Shown here: piece after piece, positions 37,455 to 46,223 of the stretch | Numbering within the stretch: position 1 is the stretch's first letter | Layout of the letters: every line of letters begins with the position of its first letter | Source of the DNA: a virus | Taxonomy: Duplodnaviria > Caudoviricetes | DNA length: 64,000 nt | Virus record (IMG/VR): IMGVR_UViG_3300019374_000291 | Coordinates: 31,736 to 95,735 of that record | Reading direction: 5' to 3' (one strand) | The notes under the pieces: model-generated | What the model was told of the DNA's origin: nothing | The model's database searches: none | The model's input: the letters and a program-made list of their open reading frames with translations, nothing else | Position numbers and translations under genes: made by a program

Positions 37455-39077
37455 ATGAACAAGGTTTATATCGCCATCGATCTGAAGTCATTTTACGCCT
37501 CAGTCGAGTGCGTTGACAGGCATCTTGACGCCCTGACAACAAATCTTGTCGTCGCAGACGAATCCCGCACCGAGAAAACGATCTGTCTGGCGGTCACACC
37601 CTCGCTGAAAGCCTACGGCATTTCTGGACGCGCCCGACTGTTTGAGGTCGTACAGGCTGTCAAGGAAATCAATCAGAAACGGTTCAATGAGGCGTTCCGC
37701 CGGAAGCTGCTGCCGCGGGATGAGAATGGCAAGTATCATTTCAGTTCCGCCTCTTTTGATGCAGAGGCACTTGCTGCAGATCCGTCACTGGAGCTGTCAT
37801 ACATCATAGCGCCGCCACGCATGAGGCTATATGAGGAGATCAGCACGAAGATTTTCTCAATATATATGAGATATATCTCTCCGGAGGATATCCATGTATA
37901 CAGCATTGACGAGTGCTTTATCGATGCGACCGGATATCTGAGCACCTACCACATGACGGCACACGAGCTGGCCATGACGATGATCCGGGAGGTGCTGTAT
38001 GAGACTGGTATCACCGCGACTGCCGGTATCGGAACGAACCTCTACCTTGCTAAGGTCGCTATGGATATCGTTGCAAAGCACGTTCCTGCTGATAAGGACG
38101 GTGTCCGCATTGCTGAGCTTGACGAAATGAAATACAGAGAGTTGCTCTGGTGCCACACGCCCCTGACGGATTTCTGGGGGCTTGGCGGCGGAACCGCAGC
38201 CCGTGTTGCGACGCTGAACTGCTATACCATGGGTGATATCGCACGACTGAGTACGATAAACGAAGATCTGCTATATAAGGCACTGGGCGTGAAGGCTGAA
38301 ATCGTGATCGACCATGCATGGGGCTGGGAGCCGACAGAGATCGCAACGATCAAGTCCTACAGACCTTCCACAAACTCGCTTTCTTCCGGACAAGTGCTGA
38401 AAGAGCCGTATTCCGCAGAACTTGCAAGGCTGATCGTCCGGGAAATGACGGAGCTGCTTGTGCTGGATATGGTCAGAAAGTACGTTGTTACGAAGAAGCT
38501 GACACTGACAATCGGCTACGACCGGACATCTGTGCAGCTGGTACGCAGAGGCAGAACGCCCAAAGAAGACGAATACAAGGTCACATCAACAGGAAAGCGA
38601 TACAACGGAGTCGTTCACAAGGATCACTACGGCAGACCTGTTCCGAAGCATGCGCACGGTACGGGGAACCTCGAAAGCTGGACATCTTCTACTTCTGCGA
38701 TCGCTGAGTGCATGATGCAGCTTTATGACAGAATCATTGATCCTGATCTTATGGTGCGCAGGATCAACATCTGCGCCTGCAACCTGATCTATGAGAACAA
38801 TATCCCGGACGATGACGCTCCTGTTCAGCTTGAGCTCTTTGTGGACTATGAAGAGGTGGAGCGTCAGAAGGCGGAGAAAAAGCGCAAGGAAGAACGTGAA
38901 CGTGCTCTGCAACGTGCAACCTTACAGCTACAGGGTAGATTCGGCAAAAACGCTGTTCTGCGGGGCATGAACCTGATGGAAGGCGGAACAACGATAGAAC
39001 GAAATGGCCAGATTGGTGGCCATAGAGCTGAGGCTTCGGAGGTGAAGAAGGATGGCAAAAGGGATAAAAAGCAATGA
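37455..39077 (+). CDS. umuC: Y-family (UmuC/ImpB-like) DNA polymerase
   Basis: IDLKSFYASVEC, YSIDE, C-terminal RFGKNAVLRG. Confidence 0.9.
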   Translation: MNKVYIAIDLKSFYASVECVDRHLDALTTNLVVADESRTEKTICLAVTPSLKAYGISGRARLFEVVQAVKEINQKRFNEAFRRKLLPRDENGKYHFSSASFDAEALAADPSLELSYIIAPPRMRLYEEISTKIFSIYMRYISPEDIHVYSIDECFIDATGYLSTYHMTAHELAMTMIREVLYETGITATAGIGTNLYLAKVAMDIVAKHVPADKDGVRIAELDEMKYRELLWCHTPLTDFWGLGGGTAARVATLNCYTMGDIARLSTINEDLLYKALGVKAEIVIDHAWGWEPTEIATIKSYRPSTNSLSSGQVLKEPYSAELARLIVREMTELLVLDMVRKYVVTKKLTLTIGYDRTSVQLVRRGRTPKEDEYKVTSTGKRYNGVVHKDHYGRPVPKHAHGTGNLESWTSSTSAIAECMMQLYDRIIDPDLMVRRINICACNLIYENNIPDDDAPVQLELFVDYEEVERQKAEKKRKEERERALQRATLQLQGRFGKNAVLRGMNLMEGGTTIERNGQIGGHRAEASEVKKDGKRDKKQ

Positions 39078-39534
39078 GCCTGATGCAAGAGTGGTCTATG
39101 CAGATATAATCTCTCTCCCCCACTGGCAGTCTCCTACACGGACTCCAATGTCTGCCTATGAGAGAGCAGCGCAGTTCTCATCCTTCAACGCACTGGCGGG
39201 TTACGAGGATATGGTCGGTGAAGAAGCAAGAGAGGTTGGCAGTTTTCAGGAATTGACGGAATCTGAGATGGAAGTGCTGAACCAGAAAATCAGCCTGATA
39301 GCAGACGTTCTGGAGGATGGCCACCATCCTGTTCTGAAGTTTACGTACTTTATTGCAGATATTGCAAAGGTTGGTGGCTCCTATGTCTCGATGACCGAAC
39401 GTGTCAGAAAGATAGACGCTATCGGACGGAAGATACAGCTTTTCAAGACCGTGGGTACTAGCAAGAGTTATATGGAGCTCGAGATGGACAAGATCAGGGA
39501 TATATCCGGGGATTTGGTGGATGATATCGTATGA
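39052..39534 (+). CDS. YolD-like protein
   Basis: PMSAYERAAQFSSFNALAGY; adjacent to umuC. Confidence 0.8.
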   Translation: MAKGIKSNEPDARVVYADIISLPHWQSPTRTPMSAYERAAQFSSFNALAGYEDMVGEEAREVGSFQELTESEMEVLNQKISLIADVLEDGHHPVLKFTYFIADIAKVGGSYVSMTERVRKIDAIGRKIQLFKTVGTSKSYMELEMDKIRDISGDLVDDIV

Positions 39535-39976
39535 AAGCGTAGATACTACATTATGGAAGAAATAAGGATTCCGGAAAGGTTGTTCCATTAAAATATGAAA
39601 AACTGTAGCTTTCATAGCCGAAAAGTGCCCTGAACTGCAGTATTATGGAATTGCTCCTGTCGACTTTGTTATTGGCAGATATATCAAAGGAAAGTTATCG
39701 ACGTTTATGCGCAATTCGAATATAAATGATACTTACCTAATAAAGCCATATTGGGATACAAATAATGGCTAGGCAAGGTTATGACGGCAGTCGAGTACTA
39801 TGCTGATGAACTATTATTAATAAGGCTCAGTGTGAAAGAAACTTGTGATAGTGCACAGAGACTTATTTGAATTCATTGTTAACTACATTTTAATTGGTAA
39901 ATCATGACACCATATCCAAAAGAGCTTAAAATCGGAATGATAGCAATAATAAATGAGATAACCGAAAGGATGGGTT

Positions 39977-40240
39977 ATGATGCTTGATATGATTTACAAA
40001 TGTCACCAGGGTGAACTGCCTACGACTGGGTCTTCGGATAAATGGATTTAGCTGAGTACAAGACTGGAGAGTATGCTCAACGAGGAACAGGTCGAGATAC
40101 TCCACAAGCTTCTTGACTTCGTAAGCGATACCGCCGCTGCTGAAATGATAACTGCATACAAGGCTGGCTTTAAGGGCGGTGTGTCTTTGACGTGCGAAGT
40201 GAGCAAATACTATGATTCAAACGTCTATGTTTTGACATAG
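39977..40240 (+). pseudogene. DUF6809-like gene with an in-frame TAG at 40049
   Basis: RBS AAAGGA; reads MMLDMIY...KWI*LSTRLESMLNEEQVEILHKLLD...AYKAGFKGG. Confidence 0.55.
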
Positions 40241-40284
40241 CAGTTATTTTGTGATTTGAGATGCTTTAAAATGGCTGTAAATTA

Positions 40285-40313
40285 TTGACTTTGTAGCCCT
40301 GACGTGCTATAAT
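40285..40313 (+). promoter_or_regulatory. Promoter TTGACT-N17-TATAAT (extended TG) for the R-M operon
   Basis: Read directly from the sequence. Confidence 0.8.
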
Positions 40314-40390
40314 ATAAGATGAATTATAATGTCTACAAGCAGTTTTGTGCCTGCGGATTAACATAGAAATAAGTGAATGGTGTTTCAAAA

Positions 40391-42913
40391 ATGAAAAGAA
40401 TCAACGATGATAGATTGACCTATATTAGCCTTTTCAGTAGTGCTGGCGTTGGATGCTATGGTTTTAAGATGCACGGATTTGAGTGTATCGCCACTAATGA
40501 GATAGTAGAGCGTCGCATCAACGTTCAAAAGTTTAACGAGAAGTGTAAATATGAAACGGGCTATATTTGCGGAGATATTACAGAGGAGAGCGTCAAGCAA
40601 CATTTACTTGGGGAAGTGGAACGGTGGAGGAAAGTCGAAAAAATCGGCAATGTCACTGTTATTATCGCAACTCCGCCTTGTCAAGGTATGTCAGTAGCTA
40701 ATCATAAAAAGGCTGATAATGAAATTGTTAGGAATTCTCTTGTTATAGAATCGATTAAAATTATTGAGGAAATAAGTCCCCTATTCTTCGTATTTGAAAA
40801 TGTTCCTGCTTTTATGAAGACCATATGTACTGATACAGATGGAGCAGAAAAACCTATTTCAGAAGCGATAGAAGCACATTTAGGCTCTAAATATGCTACT
40901 TACTCACAAGTGATTAATTTTAAGAACTATGGTGCTTGTTCAAGCCGTTCAAGGACAGTAGTTATCGGTGTCAGAAAAGACTTAGCTGATTTTATCTCTC
41001 CGTTTGAACTCTTTCCTGATTATCAAGAGGAAAAGACGTTAAGAGAGGTGATCGGTCACCTGCCAGCTCTGCAAGAATTCGGGGAAATAAGTAAAAGTGA
41101 CATATACCACGCATTTAGGGTATATCCAGAGCATATGCGTAGTTGGATTGCCGACTTAAAAGAGGGTGAATCCGCATTTGATCAGTCGGATATTAGTAAA
41201 GTCCCTCATAAAGTTGTAGATGGCGAAATTGTTGTAAATATACGCAAAAATGGAGATAAGTATCGTAGGCAATATTGGGATAAGGTCGGACCATGTATCC
41301 ATACAAGGAATGATCAACTCGCAAGCCAAAATACCATACACCCAAGTGATGACAGAGTCTTCAGCATCAGAGAACTGATGATGATGATGACGATACCAAG
41401 CTCTTTCAGGTGGACGAACATTCCTGAGCAAACTCTTAACTCTCTCTCTATTGAGAAAAAAAGAGCTTTCTTGAAGAAAGAAGAGATTAAAATCAGGCAG
41501 TGTTTAGGAGAAGCTGTACCAACTGCAATCTTTGAGAGTATTGCTGATAAGATAGCTTTTTTTTTCAGTAGGCAGCATCTCAGCGATGTGGAAGTCAAGA
41601 AACTGATAGATACTACAGACTTAGGCTCGCTCGATAGTGTAATCAACTATATTTCTGCTAATTTCGATACGGTGGGTATATCATCTATCTCAAAAGTGGT
41701 TGAATATGCAAATGCAAAGCGAGAACATAACGCCGCTTTCTTTACTGATAAATCCATACTTAATGAGATAATGAAATATCTTCCTGATATTGACAAGGAT
41801 TCGATTCGCATTCTTGAACCATCTGTCGGAACAGGTAATTTTATTCCATTTATCATAAAAAAGTATGCTGCCGCTAAATCGGTCATAATAGATGTTGTTG
41901 ATATTGATCCAGATGTTATCGCGGTTTTGAAATATATTATCAGTAAGTTCGCTCTTCCTGATAATGTGACTATCAATTATATCAACGATGATTTTCTTCT
42001 TCATAAATTCAACATGCGCTATGATATGGTGATAGGTAATCCTCCTTTCAACAAATTAGGCTCAAATAATAAAGCTTTGAAGCTGTATAAAGCGCAAGCT
42101 GTGAACACTGATACAACCAATACTTTCTCATTCTTTTTAGAGAAAGCTATTCAGATTAGTGATTATGTGTCATTAATCGTACCGAAATTTCTGCTAAATA
42201 CTCCGGAATTCAGGAAAACACGAGAAGTATTGGAAAAAAAGCATATTGACTCCATCATTGATTTTGGTGAAAATGGCTTTAAGGGCGTATTGGTTGAAAC
42301 TGTATGCGTTAATGTTAATACGCTCGAATCAGCGGCTAAAACAATCATTCGCTCCATGACAGAGCAAGTTACGTTCGTTCAGAAACAAAGCTATATCACT
42401 GATTCCGCGTTTCCGTACTGGCTTATCTATCGCAATGAGTTTTTTGATAAGATAGCTAAAAGGCTTACTTTTGATGTGTTCACCGTGTTCAGAGATCGTC
42501 AGATTACGAATAAACTACTTTCTACTCAAGGTGATATAAGGGTTATCAAATCTCGAAACATCAACGATTTGGGTACACAAATTGAAAGTATAGAGGGATA
42601 TGATTCTTATATCTCAGCAGACGATGCAAGGCAGTTAAGCGTTTATGCCTTTTATGAGAGCGATAATGTTTATCTTACTCCTAATATGACATATAAGCCT
42701 CGTTTGATTAAGAAGCCCCCATATGCCCTTGTTAATGGCTCGGTAGCAATTCTAACGCTAAAAGACGGATTTTCGATAAACGAAATGCAAAGAGGATACT
42801 TCTCAACTGACGAATACAGAGCTTTCTATAAGATAGCAAGGAATTATCAGACTCGTTCACTCAATGTAGACAGTAATTCGGTTTTCTTCTTTGGTTTGCT
42901 GAAAGAGGTGTAA
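40391..42913 (+). CDS. Bifunctional C5-cytosine plus N6-adenine DNA methyltransferase (M.HpyAV/M.Hin4II-like)
   Basis: SLFSSAG, TPPCQG, FENVP, GEAVP; then ILEPSVGTG and GNPPF. Confidence 0.88.
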   Translation: MKRINDDRLTYISLFSSAGVGCYGFKMHGFECIATNEIVERRINVQKFNEKCKYETGYICGDITEESVKQHLLGEVERWRKVEKIGNVTVIIATPPCQGMSVANHKKADNEIVRNSLVIESIKIIEEISPLFFVFENVPAFMKTICTDTDGAEKPISEAIEAHLGSKYATYSQVINFKNYGACSSRSRTVVIGVRKDLADFISPFELFPDYQEEKTLREVIGHLPALQEFGEISKSDIYHAFRVYPEHMRSWIADLKEGESAFDQSDISKVPHKVVDGEIVVNIRKNGDKYRRQYWDKVGPCIHTRNDQLASQNTIHPSDDRVFSIRELMMMMTIPSSFRWTNIPEQTLNSLSIEKKRAFLKKEEIKIRQCLGEAVPTAIFESIADKIAFFFSRQHLSDVEVKKLIDTTDLGSLDSVINYISANFDTVGISSISKVVEYANAKREHNAAFFTDKSILNEIMKYLPDIDKDSIRILEPSVGTGNFIPFIIKKYAAAKSVIIDVVDIDPDVIAVLKYIISKFALPDNVTINYINDDFLLHKFNMRYDMVIGNPPFNKLGSNNKALKLYKAQAVNTDTTNTFSFFLEKAIQISDYVSLIVPKFLLNTPEFRKTREVLEKKHIDSIIDFGENGFKGVLVETVCVNVNTLESAAKTIIRSMTEQVTFVQKQSYITDSAFPYWLIYRNEFFDKIAKRLTFDVFTVFRDRQITNKLLSTQGDIRVIKSRNINDLGTQIESIEGYDSYISADDARQLSVYAFYESDNVYLTPNMTYKPRLIKKPPYALVNGSVAILTLKDGFSINEMQRGYFSTDEYRAFYKIARNYQTRSLNVDSNSVFFFGLLKEV

Positions 42914-42914
42914 T

Positions 42915-44144
42915 ATGAGATTTTTAAGTAAAGACGAGATTGATTCGTTTCTTTCTCAGAGGAATTATGATATAAGACTTTCACACAATGCCAGGTGGAT
43001 TGATCAAAAGTGCACTCCTGACGTTATTTCTATAATCGCAGACTGCATCGTAAATTATGTAGCTGAGAATGGCAATGACTTCTTTTCATCAATGGATATT
43101 TGGCATAATGATTATACAGTAACGTATGTAGAGAGTATTTTCAAGAAGCCAAATCCTGACGAAACTAAAGCTCGCAATGAATATGATAAGTTTTTCCAGC
43201 AACCGATGGAGCTTATGGCTTATGCAGGAGTCCTTGAAAAGAAAAAGGTGAAAAACCGTAATTTTTATCGTATTGCTAATGAAGATATTATAGAATACCT
43301 TTCATTGCGTGACCGAAACGCTTTGACGTTTTTACAGTGCTACATTACTAAGGTTTTAACTGATTCGGGTATTATCGAAATGTTCAACGCCTTTTTCAGT
43401 AATACAACTAAAGAGAATTTCGATGATCTTAAAGAGCGTTATGAAGATTTCATCATTGCTCATACTCCTATAAATGGTAGGACAGAATGTCGAAGAATAT
43501 TTACTAAGGTTATTAACCCTTTGGCTTTTCTTCATGGAACAGAGGGTACAGAAAAAGGCAGGCTTTCTAAACACAAGATAACTTATGATATGTTGATGTA
43601 TAACCGGGATAATTTCAGGGATATTTATTCAGATAAGCCTAAAGAAATGACACGTTCAGAGTATGAAAAGACAGCAAATATCAGCATAAACAAGGATCTT
43701 ACAAAGTATATGTCTGCAAAAGCAAAGAAGATTGTTCGCATATACAATGATCAGTTCCGTGATGGCATCACCGAAGTGACCTATGATAAACAGCATATTG
43801 GAGATATGGCAACGCATATTCATCATATTTTCCCTGAAGCTGATTACCCGGCAATATGCCACTTTATCGAAAACCTTATTGCATTAACACCTACACAACA
43901 TCTAAACTACGCTCATCCAAATGGTAATACGCAAAAGATCAATCGAGAATATCAGCATATATGCCTATTGGCGAAGTCTGATACGATAAGAGATGATATT
44001 GAAAACCATTCTGATCCAATTTATTCTTTCGATAAGTTCCTGTATGTTCTTTTCATCGGTCTTGAAATGGATTCGTTTAGCCAAATCGAGAATGGTGATT
44101 ATGATGGCTTAGTTACGGCTATTAACTTAGCGTATTCAGCATGA
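42915..44144 (+). CDS. Type IIS restriction endonuclease with C-terminal HNH (HpyAV/Hin4II-like)
   Basis: HIHHIFP...ENLIALTPTQH..AH; about 410 aa, coupled to the fused methyltransferase. Confidence 0.78.
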   Translation: MRFLSKDEIDSFLSQRNYDIRLSHNARWIDQKCTPDVISIIADCIVNYVAENGNDFFSSMDIWHNDYTVTYVESIFKKPNPDETKARNEYDKFFQQPMELMAYAGVLEKKKVKNRNFYRIANEDIIEYLSLRDRNALTFLQCYITKVLTDSGIIEMFNAFFSNTTKENFDDLKERYEDFIIAHTPINGRTECRRIFTKVINPLAFLHGTEGTEKGRLSKHKITYDMLMYNRDNFRDIYSDKPKEMTRSEYEKTANISINKDLTKYMSAKAKKIVRIYNDQFRDGITEVTYDKQHIGDMATHIHHIFPEADYPAICHFIENLIALTPTQHLNYAHPNGNTQKINREYQHICLLAKSDTIRDDIENHSDPIYSFDKFLYVLFIGLEMDSFSQIENGDYDGLVTAINLAYSA

Positions 44145-44195
44145 CCTACTCCTGACTACAATCAGAGAATATTGTAGAACGGAGGTGAAAGCCAT

Positions 44196-44477
44196 ATGGA
44201 GAAGCTTGTGTTCGGTAAGAACGGACAGGTTCATTTTGATTCTGTAGAAGAACGTGACGAAGCCGTAGAATACATCAAGAATACCCCTGAAAATGTTGAT
44301 TATAATGTTCATGAGGATAATCAGAATCAGGGGGCGTGGGGTTCAGAAGACAGAATTCATTTCAGAAGTGAAGCTGGTGTTCCGGATTGTTTAAAAAGAA
44401 TCATGACTGCTGGAAATGATAGTGTATACGGAAGAATTAACTGTAAAGAGTTTGTTGATTATATCAAGTCCCATTGA
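44196..44477 (+). CDS. Hypothetical protein (93 aa)
   Basis: Strong GGAGGT RBS; protein-like sequence. Confidence 0.75.
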   Translation: MEKLVFGKNGQVHFDSVEERDEAVEYIKNTPENVDYNVHEDNQNQGAWGSEDRIHFRSEAGVPDCLKRIMTAGNDSVYGRINCKEFVDYIKSH

Positions 44478-44547
44478 TTAAGCGACATCATATGCAAAAT
44501 ATAATGATATATAAGCTATTTTGATTGTAGTCTTTGAAATAGCTTTT

Positions 44548-44582
44548 CGAGCCTACGAGGAAACTTGTAGGCTCGTTTCTTT
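44548..44582 (+). terminator. Rho-independent terminator
   Basis: CGAGCCTAC/GTAGGCTCG stem followed by TTTCTTT. Confidence 0.7.
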
Positions 44583-45114
44583 CAGGATAACCATAGTCTA
44601 TTGACACAAATGATCTCCGTTCCGCATTAGTCGTTATCGGAATTGGAATTATGGTGCGTTCCACAACAGGCAGATATCCCCAAAGGAACACACTTACCCG
44701 TAAGCTTTCACTCTCTGTACTTTCAAAGAGAGCACTTTTTCATCGGTCAGTTTTCTGCTCTGCGGTTGTGTATAACGCTCAGGCCGCCACAGCTGCACGG
44801 GCGTTTTGCCCACCTTTGCCGGTGACTACCACGGGAATTGTCCGGCAGAAAATGAGTCCATTTGTGTATGCCGCACTAGGAATCGCACTCTTGCCGGAGT
44901 AAAACCGCATCTGAGTAGAACCCTGTTAGAATATTCAATAAGCTTCCTTTCAGATGTGGCAATGTGGTGGCAGTACAATTCTTTATCTGAGGCTGATCCA
45001 AGCTCATTCAAATATTCGGATAATCAATATTATTCTTCTGGAGAATAGATCTGAGTTCATCGATGTAAATGCGTGTGTGCTGATTGCTTATGCGTTTTTT
45101 CTATGCACAAATTT

Positions 45115-45171
45115 ACTGTCACATTTTTGTGACAGTTGCGAATTGACATTTGAGCCATAATGTGATAGCAT
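45115..45171 (+). promoter_or_regulatory. Palindromic operator ACTGTCACA-N4-TGTGACAGT next to promoter TTGACA-N17-TAGCAT
   Basis: Perfect 9-bp inverted repeat at 45115-45136; -35 at 45143; extended -10 at 45166. Confidence 0.75.
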
Positions 45172-45203
45172 AAAGGTGTATAATGGAAAAGGAGTAGGTT
45201 GAC

Positions 45204-46184
45204 ATGCAAAAGAACAAATTACTACTGCTGACCGAAATCTTGAAGCAACAGTCCGATGCTGAACATCCCATTACAACAAACACTTTGATAGAAAAGCTTG
45301 CTGGCCTTGGCATTTCATGTGATCGTCGAACTCTGGCAAGAGATATATCTCAACTACAGGATATGGGTTACTCTGTCAGAAGTACTAAAATCGGACACAG
45401 CAATGCTTTCTATTTGGAACATAACGAGTTCTCCTTAGCAGAACTGAAGATTCTCATTGATGCTGTTCAGGCTTCTTCTGTAATACCGGAAGAAACGACT
45501 AATGCTTTGATTGAAAAAATAGCAAATATTGGCGGAACTCACTGTGCAGAATTGCTCAAGCAGAACAGGATTCGCTTTAATATCAGAAAGCAAACCAATA
45601 ACAGCGTCTTAGACACAATTGCTATTATTGAAGAATCGTTCAAACGGCAGACTCAGGTGTCCTTCTTCTATTTCAAGCATGACGAGAATGGAGACAGAGT
45701 ATATCAGCGCGGCAAGGAAAGATATGTCGTAGATCCCATAGCCCTGATCTATACGGATGATAAATATTATTTGCGTTGCTACAATTCAAATAGGAAGGAA
45801 TACCGTAATTATCGTATTGATCGCATTGAGGATGTTCAGCATCTCGACAGCCTGATTGGTGATGAAGCTCTTGTTTCTGCTAAAGAGCTGGAAACATATA
45901 CCTCAAAGACATTTAAAATGTATGGTGGAACTGAAGAAAAAGTAGAATTAGAATTTACAGAAGACCTTATAGATGTGATTTATGATCAGTTCGGTCTGGA
46001 TACAAAGATAAAACGATCAGGCAATAATCGGTATACAACTACGGTTAAAGTCCAGATCAGTGGTACATTTTGGGGATGGTTCTTTCAATTTCCTGATCAG
46101 ATGCGGATAATCTCGCCGGAGACTGTCTCTGCACAATGTCAGGAATGGGCTCAAAAAGCATTAAAGGCACAAGAACTCAAATAA
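45204..46184 (+). CDS. WYL-domain transcriptional regulator (wHTH-WYL-WCX)
   Basis: CDRRTLARDI HTH; VDPIALIY...YYL...YRIDRI; C-terminal FWGWFFQF...IISP. Confidence 0.9.
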   Translation: MQKNKLLLLTEILKQQSDAEHPITTNTLIEKLAGLGISCDRRTLARDISQLQDMGYSVRSTKIGHSNAFYLEHNEFSLAELKILIDAVQASSVIPEETTNALIEKIANIGGTHCAELLKQNRIRFNIRKQTNNSVLDTIAIIEESFKRQTQVSFFYFKHDENGDRVYQRGKERYVVDPIALIYTDDKYYLRCYNSNRKEYRNYRIDRIEDVQHLDSLIGDEALVSAKELETYTSKTFKMYGGTEEKVELEFTEDLIDVIYDQFGLDTKIKRSGNNRYTTTVKVQISGTFWGWFFQFPDQMRIISPETVSAQCQEWAQKALKAQELK

Positions 46185-46223
46185 TGATATTTCGAATACG
46201 CATGATTCATTAAGGGGGATATT

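Noticed and set aside
44600-45100. Short ORFs or an ncRNA between the R-M and WYL genes
   Set aside because: No RBS, motif or convincing structure could be supported by eye.
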